64,000 bases of DNA. Origin: Synergistales bacterium (GTDB lineage Bacteria > Synergistota > Synergistia > Synergistales > JAFGMB01). The notes below the pieces were generated by a model, which did not search any database, was not told where the DNA came from, and saw only the letters and a program-made list of their open reading frames with translations. The number at the start of each line of letters is the position of its first letter. Position 1 is the stretch's first letter. Made by a program: the position numbers and the translations under genes. Shown in pieces: positions 34,764 through 44,657 of the stretch. The stretch lies in assembly GCA_963666205.1 (NCBI GenBank), contig OY762654.1:672001-736000 (forward strand). Direction: 5' to 3'.

Positions 34764-35198
34764 TCAGGCCTTCCTCTTCCAGGGGTCCTTTACCATTCCC
34801 TGGTAGTTCTCCAGAAGGGCACTGGCCCTCCAGCCTCCTGAAAGAGTTCCCCTTACCCCACTGCCTGCGGGCGTTATGCTCTTTATCCTTACTGCCCTGC
34901 CTGTGGAGGCGAGGATGGCTGCACTTATGGCCGCTGCCAGCTTCCCTCCTTCAGGGGTCGACGGCGCTCGGGATGATACCTCTGCTGCCGGGCTTTCCTT
35001 CGGGGGGGCTGACTTTACCCTTTCCCCTCCCCTGGGGGGGGTGACTCCCTTATTACCCATTCCTCCTCCGAGGGCTGCCAGATACTTCACACAGTAGATA
35101 ATGAGGGTCAGTCCTCCAAGTACCAGAAAGACCGTAGAAAAGGCTATGAGGGCGAGGCTCAGGGCCCCTCCTATTCCGTTGCTGAACTGGTTGCCCAT
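34764..35198 (-). CDS. mmdD: Delta/OadG-family membrane anchor subunit
   Basis: One N-terminal TM (FSTVFLVLGGL), Pro-rich linker, AAAISAAI, C-terminal W; lies between the alpha and biotin subunits. Confidence 0.8.
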   Translation of the reverse strand: MGNQFSNGIGGALSLALIAFSTVFLVLGGLTLIIYCVKYLAALGGGMGNKGVTPPRGGERVKSAPPKESPAAEVSSRAPSTPEGGKLAAAISAAILASTGRAVRIKSITPAGSGVRGTLSGGWRASALLENYQGMVKDPWKRKA

Positions 35199-35224
35199 GG
35201 TGTGTCTCTCTCCTCCCTCGTCCC

Positions 35225-36784
35225 CTACTGGGGCATTACGGAATGTTTCTTCCGGGGCAGGCTTTCCCTCTTGCCTTCCGTGGCCTTGAGGGCTTCGTAG
35301 ATCTCACCTCGGGTCTCTTCCGGAAGGATAACCCTGTCTACCAGTCCTCGCTTGGCTGCCTGGTAGGGGTTGGCAAAGGCTTCCCTGTATTCATCTATCT
35401 TCTGCTGCCTCTCTAGCTGCTGGTCCGCCGCTTTCTCGATTTCCTTACGAAATACTATGTTCGCGGCTCCTTCGGCTCCCATAACGGCTATCTCTGCCTG
35501 GGGCCAGGCAAGTACCATGTCAGCTCCAAGGGCCTTGCTGCACATTCCCAGGTAGGCTCCTCCATAGCTCTTCCGAAGGACTACCGTGATCAGGGGTACT
35601 GTGGCTTCGCTGTAGGCGTAAAGAAGCTTGGCTCCATGCCTTATAATACCGCCCCATTCCTGCGCGGTACCGGGTAGATAGCCGGGTACGTCCACAAAGG
35701 TCACTATGGGTATGTTGAAGGCATCGCAGTGGCGGATAAAACGGCTGGCCTTGTCTGAACAGTCTATGTCCAGGCAGCCTGCCATGTTGCTGGCCTGGTT
35801 GGCCACTATGCCCACTGCTTTCCCTCCGATCCTTCCGTAACCGGTGACTATGTTCTTCGCCCAGAGAGCCTGCACTTCAAAAAAACGGCCATCGTCAAGC
35901 ACTCTCTTCAGTACTTCATGAACATGGTAACTCTTGTTCGGGTTCGTGGGCACTATGTTCCTGAGTTCCAGATCCCTCCGGTAGGGATCGTCATCGCTCT
36001 CCTTAACGGGCGCATCCTCCATGTTGTTGGAGGGCAGGTAACCAAGTACTGTCCTTACCTGTTCAAAACATTCCTGCTCGCTCTTCGCAAAAAAATGGGC
36101 GTTCCCGCTGCGGCTGTTGTGCGCCATGGCTCCGCCTATCTGTTCGCTGGTAACTTCCTCTCCCGTGACCGCCTTGATCACGGCGGGCCCCGTTATATGC
36201 ATTATCCCCGTCTTGTCCACCATGAAAATGTAGTCCGTCAGCGCTGGACTGTAAACAGCACCTCCCGCTGTGGGACCTACTATCACTGACAGCTGGGGAA
36301 TTACTCCGCTGGCTATGGTGTTACGGTAAAATATACCACCGTATCCGTCCAGTGAATCCACCGCTTCCTGGATCCTCGCTCCTCCACTGTCGTTGATGCC
36401 TACTACAGGGGCTCCGTTCCTCATCGCAAGGTCCATTACCTTCCAGATCTTGTGGGCATGCTTCTCTCCCAATGAACCTCCCAGTACAGTGAAATCCTGG
36501 CTGTATACGTATACCGGACGACCTTCCACTGTCCCCCAGCCCGTCACTACTCCGTCCCCGGGATATACCTTGCTCTCCATTCCAAAATGGCTGCAGCGGT
36601 GCTCCACAAATTCGTCTATCTCTATAAAACTGCCTGCGTCAAGTAATAGCTCTATCCTCTCCCGCGCCGTCAGCTTACCCTTAGACTTCTGCTTCTCTAT
36701 CGCCCCGGGACCGCCTCCCTCGCGGACCTGCTCTCGCTTCGCCTCCAATTGCTCACATAGTTCGTCTATATGCCTCTCCGACAT
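35225..36784 (-). CDS. mmdA: Acyl-CoA carboxyltransferase (methylmalonyl-CoA decarboxylase alpha subunit)
   Basis: GKLTARERI, QDFTVLGGSLG, DSGGARIQE, GGAVYSPALTD, DVPGYLPG, GIIRHGAK; adjacent to mce. Confidence 0.9.
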   Translation of the reverse strand: MSERHIDELCEQLEAKREQVREGGGPGAIEKQKSKGKLTARERIELLLDAGSFIEIDEFVEHRCSHFGMESKVYPGDGVVTGWGTVEGRPVYVYSQDFTVLGGSLGEKHAHKIWKVMDLAMRNGAPVVGINDSGGARIQEAVDSLDGYGGIFYRNTIASGVIPQLSVIVGPTAGGAVYSPALTDYIFMVDKTGIMHITGPAVIKAVTGEEVTSEQIGGAMAHNSRSGNAHFFAKSEQECFEQVRTVLGYLPSNNMEDAPVKESDDDPYRRDLELRNIVPTNPNKSYHVHEVLKRVLDDGRFFEVQALWAKNIVTGYGRIGGKAVGIVANQASNMAGCLDIDCSDKASRFIRHCDAFNIPIVTFVDVPGYLPGTAQEWGGIIRHGAKLLYAYSEATVPLITVVLRKSYGGAYLGMCSKALGADMVLAWPQAEIAVMGAEGAANIVFRKEIEKAADQQLERQQKIDEYREAFANPYQAAKRGLVDRVILPEETRGEIYEALKATEGKRESLPRKKHSVMPQ

Positions 36785-36827
36785 GGCCTTCGCATTCCTC
36801 CTTATAGTAGGAAATATTTACCTTTTG

Positions 36828-37244
36828 TTATTGCTTTTCCATGGGTCTCTCCGAAATTTCAAGAAGAACCCCTCCACTAGCCTTGGGATGGACAAAAGCA
36901 ATCCGGCATCCGCCGGCACCAAGCCTTGGTACTTCATCAATAAGTCTTACTCCCTTTACCTTAAGATCAGCCAGCGCTTTTTCTATATCATCAACCCTGA
37001 TAGCGATGTGATGGATTCCTTCACCTTTTTTCTCAATAAATCGAGCAACCGGACTATCTTCGGCCGTGGGTTCCAGAAGTTCAATTTCAGTGTCCAGTAG
37101 AGGAAGAAAAGCTGTTCTAACCTTCTGTTCCTGAACTTCTTCTATGCCATGACACTTTATTCCCATGGCTCCTTCCCAGAATTCCAGAGAATCTTCAATG
37201 CTTTTTACTGCAATTCCGATATGATCAACAACAGTTGGGTTCAT
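36828..37244 (-). CDS. mce: Methylmalonyl-CoA epimerase
   Basis: DHIGIAV, IELLEP, GEGIHHIA, FVHPK-GGVLLE. Confidence 0.92.
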   Translation of the reverse strand: MNPTVVDHIGIAVKSIEDSLEFWEGAMGIKCHGIEEVQEQKVRTAFLPLLDTEIELLEPTAEDSPVARFIEKKGEGIHHIAIRVDDIEKALADLKVKGVRLIDEVPRLGAGGCRIAFVHPKASGGVLLEISERPMEKQ

Positions 37245-37427
37245 TATTAGCCCTCCATTAAAATTAATTGAAAGATATTTTACTCATATCAATGCATAGT
37301 AATAGTAACAGATATCATAAAAAATACATATTTTCAGAATGCTAATATTCCAGATATCCATTACGTCATAATTATATTTATAGTTATTTCAATATGTATA
37401 CTATTTATATTGTCTACTCTCCATATA

Positions 37428-37461
37428 AAAATAGCCACCATATATACCTGGTGGCTATTTT
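37428..37461 (-). terminator. Rho-independent terminator of the usp gene
   Basis: AAAATAGCCACCA / TGGTGGCTATTTT arms ~30 nt downstream of the usp stop. Confidence 0.7.
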
Positions 37462-37488
37462 CCTGTAAAAGAAGTCCTGTCTCCGAGA

Positions 37489-37947
37489 TCAGAAAACATC
37501 AAGTCCCGGTCTGTATATAAGAACCGAGCAATTGGAATAACGAGCAACATTTGCAGCTGTACTGCCCACAACCAGTCTTTCAATGGTACTCTGGCCTCTA
37601 TATCCAATTATTATCAGATTATAATTTCCCTCTTTTGCGCATCTGATGATAACATCAGATGGACTTCCTTCTTCGATAATAATCTCGTGGGACCTGTCTG
37701 CACAGTGAGGCATCGACTCCCCGGCTTTGTGGATGTAATATTTTATTTTCTTTCTTGCGATTTCGGAGATCTCAACATCAAGCTCAGGAGGAAGCCAGGG
37801 CTCATAACCTTTCCAGAGGGTGGGATGGGGAAGAACATGGATGAAGTTCGTTTCAACATCGAGTCTGTAAGATAGCGAGCAGGCATAAGCGATAAGTTTG
37901 TCCGACATTTTACTTAAGTCCACAGCAACGAGGATTTTTTTGGGCAT
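37489..37947 (-). CDS. Universal stress protein
   Basis: KILVAVDLS, G-P-D-I, IIIGYRG, VVGSTA, CSVLI. Confidence 0.9.
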   Translation of the reverse strand: MPKKILVAVDLSKMSDKLIAYACSLSYRLDVETNFIHVLPHPTLWKGYEPWLPPELDVEISEIARKKIKYYIHKAGESMPHCADRSHEIIIEEGSPSDVIIRCAKEGNYNLIIIGYRGQSTIERLVVGSTAANVARYSNCSVLIYRPGLDVF

Positions 37948-38082
37948 TCATATTCACTCCTTTCCGCAATTAACAATCCCTATCCTTTCTTTATAATATT
38001 ATACTACTGTAGCTCAGTAAATAGTCAAGATGAAATATTTCTCAGATTCTTTTAAAATAGATCCGATCTGAAAAATTCGGGA

Positions 38083-38871
38083 GTGATGCTTAATATGGAA
38101 ATCAAAGTACCTTTCATAATACTGAACATTTTCTTCGGAACCTGCATGGGGTCATTTCTTAATGTAGTAGCATTCAGAACTCTTGAGGACAGATCCTGGT
38201 GGGGGAAAGAACGGTCAAAATGCCCGAAGTGCGGGAATTTACTGAAATCGAAAGACCTTATACCCCTCTTATCTTACATCTTCCTGAGGGGTAGATGCCG
38301 ATACTGCAACACCAAGATCCCAAGGAGGTATTTTCTGATCGAACTGACTGGTGGAGCAATTGGCGGACTTCTTGCATGGAGGTGGGGTGTATCATATGCA
38401 ACGATTCTGGCCCTGATGACGGCATACGGTCTGCTCCTCAGCGGGATAACAGATTTTTTTTCAGGTTATATCTACGACTTGTATGCACTTATCATAGGTA
38501 TCGCCGGGCTAGTCCTGAGACTGCCTGGTGGATGGGTTTCCCTGGTGGATGGAATTGAAGGGGCACTTCTCGGTTTTGGTGTCATCGCAATAATAATTCT
38601 ATTAAGCCGTGGGGGAATGGGATGGGGTGATGCAAACCTTATGGCGGGAACGGGCGCTGCTCTTGGCTGGAAAATGACCGGGATCTCACTCTATCTCGGC
38701 TTCATGGTTGGAGGGATAGTTGCCATTACACTCCTTCTTCTGAAGGTTGTGAAAAGGAAGGATGCAATCCCCCTTGGTCCGTTCCTTGCTATAGGGGCAT
38801 TTCTTTCACTCCTTTTTGGAAAAGCTATTCTGAATTACTTCGGGACACACCCTGGATGGCCCTGGATTTAA
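38083..38871 (+). CDS. pilD: Prepilin peptidase (A24)
   Basis: GSFLNVVAFR, RSKCPKC, LIPLLSY-RGRCRYC, GMGWGD, IPLGPFL; start may be ATG 38095. Confidence 0.9.
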   Translation: MMLNMEIKVPFIILNIFFGTCMGSFLNVVAFRTLEDRSWWGKERSKCPKCGNLLKSKDLIPLLSYIFLRGRCRYCNTKIPRRYFLIELTGGAIGGLLAWRWGVSYATILALMTAYGLLLSGITDFFSGYIYDLYALIIGIAGLVLRLPGGWVSLVDGIEGALLGFGVIAIIILLSRGGMGWGDANLMAGTGAALGWKMTGISLYLGFMVGGIVAITLLLLKVVKRKDAIPLGPFLAIGAFLSLLFGKAILNYFGTHPGWPWI

Positions 38872-39670
38872 ACTCCAGAAGAATAGAAACCGTCATTTCC
38901 AGAGGTTTTAATGAGGGTTGACCATCCATTTGCCGAAATGAATGATCTGAACCAGGTATTACATGAAAAGATTTATCTCCGGGAAGTAAGGGAATAAGTT
39001 CGAATATCCTTCTGCACGAACTTTCACTGAAAGTAGCATCCATCTGTCCATAGAAGGATAGGAACCTGCCGCTCTTGATATTTCCAGCAGCCCTGAGCAG
39101 GATTTCTGCTGCTGGAACAGTTGAAAGAACAGGTAGGGAGAGGCTATTTCTTGCCTCGTCTTTAATTGAATCTCCGCTTCCCGAAGTAATTACCGTTTTT
39201 ATTCTCTCCGGATCAATTTGAGGAATGGATGATCCGCAGGCCGAAAGTATTTCTTTCCATACATATCCCTTGATCAAAATGGAATGCAGCCCTCCAAGGG
39301 AAAAACCCCAGAGGTTCAAAGACGAATATTCCAGGTTTTCCATAATAAAGGAAAGAGCCTTGCAGTTATCGTACAATTCTTCGCAATACTTTTTATCCTT
39401 AAAGGATTGCCAGGCCCATTCAGTCCTGTCATCCCCGAAGGATTCTCTATCTCTTCTTATACGGCTCGTTTCAACCAGGCATACATCAAATCCAAGAGGC
39501 AGAAGCATCCCTGCAAGGGATGCATACTTGTTGCCTTCCGTAAAGGATGAACATCCATGAACTCCATGAAAAAGCACTATAAGATCATCTGTACCGTTTA
39601 CATGCAGATGATCCACAAGCACTTTTCTGTCACCGAATGTCCCTTCTAATTCATACTTTGTAAACTCCAC
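38825..39670 (-). CDS. Alpha/beta-hydrolase fold protein
   Basis: VLFHG, nucleophile elbow GFSLGG, G-x-x-D, and DHSF His motif. Confidence 0.72.
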   Translation of the reverse strand: MEFTKYELEGTFGDRKVLVDHLHVNGTDDLIVLFHGVHGCSSFTEGNKYASLAGMLLPLGFDVCLVETSRIRRDRESFGDDRTEWAWQSFKDKKYCEELYDNCKALSFIMENLEYSSLNLWGFSLGGLHSILIKGYVWKEILSACGSSIPQIDPERIKTVITSGSGDSIKDEARNSLSLPVLSTVPAAEILLRAAGNIKSGRFLSFYGQMDATFSESSCRRIFELIPLLPGDKSFHVIPGSDHSFRQMDGQPSLKPLEMTVSILLEFKSRAIQGVSRSNSE

Positions 39671-39839
39671 GAAAACGACTCCCCATGCAATCTGGTTATG
39701 GATCTATTTTTGAAAGGTTTTCTATTAACAGGGTAGCACAAGAACTACAAATTCCAAAGGATGTTCTCACCACTTGAAGTTCATTCTTTTCGCACTTATA
39801 GTTGACAAATAAGGCATTCAGAGTAAAAATATCTTTTGC

Positions 39840-39927
39840 ACCTGGGGGAGTCGATAAGAATCGGCTGAGAGGAGGCTTTTTGCCTCGACCCCTTGAACCT
39901 GATCCGGGTAATGCCGGCGAAGGGAAG
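39840..39927 (+). ncRNA. TPP (THI-box) riboswitch
   Basis: GGGGAG...GCTGAGAG...GACCCTTGAACCTGATCCGGGTAATGCCGGCGAAGGGAA matches the TPP aptamer consensus; upstream of thiT. Confidence 0.95.
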
Positions 39928-39998
39928 ACGGTCGCTTCTGTTCTCACAAAAACCTTCCTTCCTCCGGCTGTATGAAAATACTTGAAGGAGGAAATCCC

Positions 39999-40496
39999 AT
40001 GAATACAAAAACCCGAATGTTAGTTGAAGGAGGACTGGCAGCAGCCCTTGCCATTGCCCTCTCTTATCTCAAATTATGGAGGATGCCCCAAGGTGGCTCT
40101 GTTACCCTTGAGAATATACCCCTTCTCATTTTTTCCCTCAGATGGGGCATCAAAGCAGGTATGGGAGCGGGTGTAGTGGCAGGCATTGTCCAGCTTATGC
40201 TGGGAGGCTATGTCGTTCACCCGGTCCAGGCTCTGCTGGATTACCCCCTGGCCTTTGGAGCTCTTGGTTTGGCTGGTTCGGTCCGTCGCCCCATTTGGGT
40301 TGGGCTGAGTTTAGGTTCTTTTCTGAGATTCGCATGTCATGTTCTTTCCGGGGTTGTCTTTTTCGGAAGCTATGCACCGGAGGGAACGAACGTATGGCTT
40401 TACTCCACCATATACAATGGCAGCTATATGCTCCCAAACCTGGTAATTGCCTTTATCCTGACATACCTTATCTGGCCCAGACTTAAAAAGATCTGA
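39999..40496 (+). CDS. thiT: ECF S-component thiamine transporter ThiT
   Basis: MPQGGSV, HPVQALLDYPLAF, HVLSGVVFFGSYAPEG, YNGSYM; under a TPP riboswitch; ATG 39999 after SD AAGGAGG. Confidence 0.93.
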   Translation: MNTKTRMLVEGGLAAALAIALSYLKLWRMPQGGSVTLENIPLLIFSLRWGIKAGMGAGVVAGIVQLMLGGYVVHPVQALLDYPLAFGALGLAGSVRRPIWVGLSLGSFLRFACHVLSGVVFFGSYAPEGTNVWLYSTIYNGSYMLPNLVIAFILTYLIWPRLKKI

Positions 40497-40599
40497 TACA
40501 AGGGTAAGGAGGAAGACTTTGCGGGAACAACTTTAGCAGCTATGGATCTGAAAATAAAAGAAACAACAGTTTAATCTGAACAATATTCAATCAACACTA

Positions 40600-40661
40600 T
40601 TCAAGAGGGTAGCTAACTGCTGAGAGAAGGCCTTCTCTCAGCAGTTAGCTACCCTCTTGAA
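40600..40661. repeat. Perfect 62-bp spacerless palindrome between convergent thiT and pssA
   Basis: TTCAAGAGGGTAGCTAACTGCTGAGAGAAGG|CCTTCTCTCAGCAGTTAGCTACCCTCTTGAA; 31 of 31 pairs match. Confidence 0.9.
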
Positions 40662-40689
40662 ATTAAATTGTTTTATTGTTTATAGTTAT

Positions 40690-41424
40690 CTAAAGCTCTT
40701 CTTTCAGATCCACATCTTCTTCCTCATGCTGGGAGAAGAACCTGCTCCAGTCTACATGGATAAAACCACTGGTAATATATATAGCCATGGCTGCAAGTAC
40801 AGATCTTGAATGAAGTCCAAGGATAAGGATAATGCATGTAATATAAAAAAGGGCAACCTTTTTCCGGTTGGTCTTTCTGACTCCCTTAAGATTTCCATAG
40901 GGCATACTGGAGATCATCAGAATTCCTGAAAAAGCAACCATAAACGCCGCCATCCATGAAGGAAGAGACAGCCCCCCTATTACAAAAGATGCAAGGAAGA
41001 GTCCACCTGCAGGGATGGGAAGACCCTGGAAGGGACCGGGAACGTGTACAATATTGAACCTGGCCAGACGTAGAGCTCCGCAGAGAGCAAAGAAAGAAGC
41101 AACAAGAGCTCCTGCGACTCCAAAGAATCCATTCAGATAAACCGAATACATAAGAATTGCAGGCGCTACTCCGAAACTGATAACATCAGCAATGCTGTCA
41201 TATTCGAGACCAAATTTGCTCCCCCCCCCGAGACTGCGTGCCACTTTGCCATCCATAAAATCAAAAAACACAGCCATGGCTATCAGCCATCCAGCAGGGA
41301 CATACTGGCCTCGAAGAGTGAGAATAAGAGAAAACATACCACACATCAGGTTTCCGCTCGTTATCATATTAGGAGCAATATCCTTGAAGGGAATGCTCCT
41401 GTATCTCTGTCTTGGTGATCTCAT
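40690..41424 (-). CDS. pssA: CDP-diacylglycerol--serine O-phosphatidyltransferase
   Basis: PNMIT, DFMDGKVAR...G-EYDSIADVISFGVAP, RLARFN, FQGLPIP; coupled to psd. Confidence 0.92.
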   Translation of the reverse strand: MRSPRQRYRSIPFKDIAPNMITSGNLMCGMFSLILTLRGQYVPAGWLIAMAVFFDFMDGKVARSLGGGSKFGLEYDSIADVISFGVAPAILMYSVYLNGFFGVAGALVASFFALCGALRLARFNIVHVPGPFQGLPIPAGGLFLASFVIGGLSLPSWMAAFMVAFSGILMISSMPYGNLKGVRKTNRKKVALFYITCIILILGLHSRSVLAAMAIYITSGFIHVDWSRFFSQHEEEDVDLKEEL

Positions 41425-42041
41425 TTGCCGGACACTCCAATCACAGTAACTCCTGCTTTCACCGCCTGACCATGTTTTACAGAGAGGTCTACTCCTACGG
41501 GTAAGTACAGGTCTACTTTAGATCCTAATTTTATCATACCGAATCTATCTCCCCGGTTAAGCTCCATTCCTTTCTCCACTCTACATACGATCCTTCGGGC
41601 CAGAAAACCTGCTATCTGGACCATCATGGCTCTTCCTTCACGGGTTTCTATTCCCGTATACATTCTTTCGTTATCTTCCGAAGCTTTGGGAGAAAAGGCC
41701 ATCCATTTTTTCCCCGGTACATATTCCAGATAGTCCACTCTACCCGGAAAAGGTATCCGGTTGACATGTACATTGAAAGGAGACATAAATATTCCTATCT
41801 TAACAGACTTCCCTGTAAACGGGTGATAAACCGACTCTATCTCTACTACTTTGCCATCGGCAGGACTGACCCATATATTTTCTTCAGGGGAAATGATCCT
41901 CTCAGGATCACGAAAAAACCAGACAAGAAAGATCGTCAGTACTGCCATAAAAAAAGAGATGAACGGAGATATCCAGAATCCTGCCAGAGTCATAAATCCT
42001 GAAAATGCTATCATTGGCCAACCGTCATGAGCTATCTGCAT
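41421..42041 (-). CDS. psd: Phosphatidylserine decarboxylase proenzyme
   Basis: FFRDPER, SPADG, IFMSPFNVHVNR, QIAG, cleavage motif KLGSKVD; start placed at MQIAH. Confidence 0.92.
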   Translation of the reverse strand: MQIAHDGWPMIAFSGFMTLAGFWISPFISFFMAVLTIFLVWFFRDPERIISPEENIWVSPADGKVVEIESVYHPFTGKSVKIGIFMSPFNVHVNRIPFPGRVDYLEYVPGKKWMAFSPKASEDNERMYTGIETREGRAMMVQIAGFLARRIVCRVEKGMELNRGDRFGMIKLGSKVDLYLPVGVDLSVKHGQAVKAGVTVIGVSGK

Positions 42042-42048
42042 ATCAATT

Positions 42049-44502
42049 TTATTGCCCTTCGCAGACAGCAGCAGAAACAATACTGGCACCTGCCACGCTG
42101 TCTCCTTCATTGAGTCTTACAACGATAGAACCCATGGCAGTCCTGCTCAGGATAGGTATCTGGTTGGATGCAACCCTTATAAGTCGTCCCTTGGAGGAAA
42201 TAACAATGATCTCATCTGAATCAACCACACCAGAACTGGATATAAGGCGTCCAGTCTTGACTCCAAGGTTCATTGCCTTAACCCCGCTCCCGCCCCGGTG
42301 ATGGGGTGTGAATTCACTGTAACAGGTCCTTTTTCCCACGCCTTTTTCGCTTATGATAAGGGAATACATTTCTTCGTTGACCACATCAAAACTTATTATC
42401 AGGTCATCTTCTGCGAGTCTCATTCCTCTTACTCCACGAGCATTTCTACCCATAGGACGAAATTCAGTTTCCGAAACCCTCAAGGCCTGTCCCTTTGATG
42501 TTATGAAGAGAAGGTGATCTTCACCCGTAGTAGCATGGACCATGGCAATATCATCACCCTCATCAAGGGAAAGGACTCTTCTGCCTGCACGTGTAAGGTT
42601 CTGTAGCTCGGATATGGGAAGACGTTTCGCCACACCCCTTCGGGTAAGGAAAAAGACAAATTTCTTTCCCTCTATAGCTGAACCTTTTATGGCGACCACA
42701 GTCTCTTCGCTTTCAAGGGAAATAAAGCGAGTTATGGGCTTCCCCTTCCCGCTTCTGGTCTCCGGGATGACATATCCCTTGATAGCCAGCACCCTTCCCT
42801 TGGATGTAAAAAGATAGATATCCTTATGGGTATTTGTGACTGCCATCAGAGATATTTCATCTTCGCCCTTCAGGGAAGCGCCCTTACGCCCCTTCCCGCC
42901 ACGACATTGGACGGCATAGTCCTCAAGGGGCTTCCTCCTGAGATAACCATCACTGGAGAGAATAACCACGATCTCGCTCTCTGGTATAAGTTCTTCCAGA
43001 GAGACCTCTGCCGCGGCATTAACTATTTCGGTTCTTCTGTCATCCCCGAATTTTTTCTTCACATCGAGAAGTTCTTCGCGGATGACAGAATCAAGGACTT
43101 TAGGATTAGCGAGGATTGTCTGATATTTTTCAATATCAGAAAGAAGCTGGGCAAGTTCGTCTTCCAGTCTTGATCTTTCCAGTCCTGTAAGCCTCTGAAG
43201 TCTCATATCGAGGATGGCCTGTGACTGTATACCTGTGAATCCGAGTTTCTGCATCAGGCCTGATTTGGCTTCACCAGCAGTTCTTGAGCCTCTGATTATA
43301 GAGATCACTTCATCAATTATATCAAGGGCCTTTACAAGACCCTCAACAACATGAGCTCTGGCCTGTGCCTTTTTCAGGCGGAAGTTAGTCCTTCTCCGAA
43401 CCACCGATCTCCGGTGATCAAGGAAAATAGTCAGCATATCCTGTATGGGCAACTCCTTGGGCTGGTTATCCACCAGGGCCAGATTAATCACACCAAATGT
43501 TGATTGCAGCTGCGTTCTGGAGTAGAGTTGCCTCAATACAAGGTTCGGATCGGCTTCCCTTGTCAATTCAATGACTACACGTAAACCATCTCTATCAGAT
43601 TCATCCCTTATGTCTGAAATACCGTCGATGTTCTTGTTCTGAACACCCTTTACGATGTTCTCTATAAGGAGAGTCTTGTTAACCATATAGGGGATCTCGG
43701 TAATTACGATACTGTCCCTTCCCCTCTTGCTTTCTTCAATGTGGGTCCGGCCACGCATAATGATCTTGCCCCGACCGGTTCTGTATGCATCGATAATGCC
43801 TTCCCTTCCCAGGATCAACCCACCTGTCGGGAAATCAGGGCCAGGAAGACGGGAAAGAAGTTCGCTGAATTCTATGTTCTCCGTTTCTGTATCAATGATA
43901 TAACATAGGGCATCAATAACTTCACAGAGGTTATGGGGTGGAATATTGGTGGCCATACCTACGGCTATACCGGAACTCCCGTTAACAAGGAGATTCGGTA
44001 TTATGGACGGTAGATACAGAGGTTCAGTAAGGGATTCATCGAAGTTGGGTCCCCAGTCAACTGTATCTTCATCAATATCGGCAAGCATGTACTCTCCTAT
44101 ATCAAAGAGTTTGGCTTCAGTGTAACGCATTGCAGCTGCTGAATCTCCGTCAATAGAACCGTAGTTCCCCTGTCCATCAACAAGGCGGTAGCGCATGCTG
44201 AAATCCTGGGCCATCCTGACCATGGTCTCATATATTGCAGAATCACCATGGGGATGATATTTACCCATTGTTTCACCTACAACCCTGGCCGATTTTTTAT
44301 AGGCCGTATTATGTTTAAGCCCCAGACCCAGCATGGAATAAAGGATCCGTCGTTGAACAGGTTTAAGGCCGTCGCGGGCATCAGGAAGAGCCCGTCCGAC
44401 GATTACACTCATGGCATAATCAAGGTAGCTGTGCTTAATCTCTTCCAGAAGAGGAAGGGGTACTACTTTGCCAAAGAGAAACTCTCCCTTTTGTTCTTCC
44501 AT
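42049..44502 (-). CDS. gyrA: DNA gyrase subunit A
   Basis: [33 protein letters not shown], GyrA-box-like QCRGGKG, beta-pinwheel repeats. Confidence 0.96.
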   Translation of the reverse strand: MEEQKGEFLFGKVVPLPLLEEIKHSYLDYAMSVIVGRALPDARDGLKPVQRRILYSMLGLGLKHNTAYKKSARVVGETMGKYHPHGDSAIYETMVRMAQDFSMRYRLVDGQGNYGSIDGDSAAAMRYTEAKLFDIGEYMLADIDEDTVDWGPNFDESLTEPLYLPSIIPNLLVNGSSGIAVGMATNIPPHNLCEVIDALCYIIDTETENIEFSELLSRLPGPDFPTGGLILGREGIIDAYRTGRGKIIMRGRTHIEESKRGRDSIVITEIPYMVNKTLLIENIVKGVQNKNIDGISDIRDESDRDGLRVVIELTREADPNLVLRQLYSRTQLQSTFGVINLALVDNQPKELPIQDMLTIFLDHRRSVVRRRTNFRLKKAQARAHVVEGLVKALDIIDEVISIIRGSRTAGEAKSGLMQKLGFTGIQSQAILDMRLQRLTGLERSRLEDELAQLLSDIEKYQTILANPKVLDSVIREELLDVKKKFGDDRRTEIVNAAAEVSLEELIPESEIVVILSSDGYLRRKPLEDYAVQCRGGKGRKGASLKGEDEISLMAVTNTHKDIYLFTSKGRVLAIKGYVIPETRSGKGKPITRFISLESEETVVAIKGSAIEGKKFVFFLTRRGVAKRLPISELQNLTRAGRRVLSLDEGDDIAMVHATTGEDHLLFITSKGQALRVSETEFRPMGRNARGVRGMRLAEDDLIISFDVVNEEMYSLIISEKGVGKRTCYSEFTPHHRGGSGVKAMNLGVKTGRLISSSGVVDSDEIIVISSKGRLIRVASNQIPILSRTAMGSIVVRLNEGDSVAGASIVSAAVCEGQ

Positions 44503-44531
44503 TTATTTCCGACCTCCAAGAAATATTACTC

Positions 44532-44556
44532 AAAAAAGCGGCAGACATTCTGCCGC
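44532..44556 (-). terminator. Terminator-like hairpin after the AOR gene, just upstream of gyrA
   Basis: Minus strand AGCGGCAGA-ATG-TCTGCCGCT followed by a T run. Confidence 0.6.
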
Positions 44557-44657
44557 TCCAATTTTTCTTTAACCGATATATTTTACCATGACGACGAGGG
44601 ATTTTCTCACTTCTCTGACAATCGCAACTGTTATTCGTGAAAAATCTTCAATACCTG

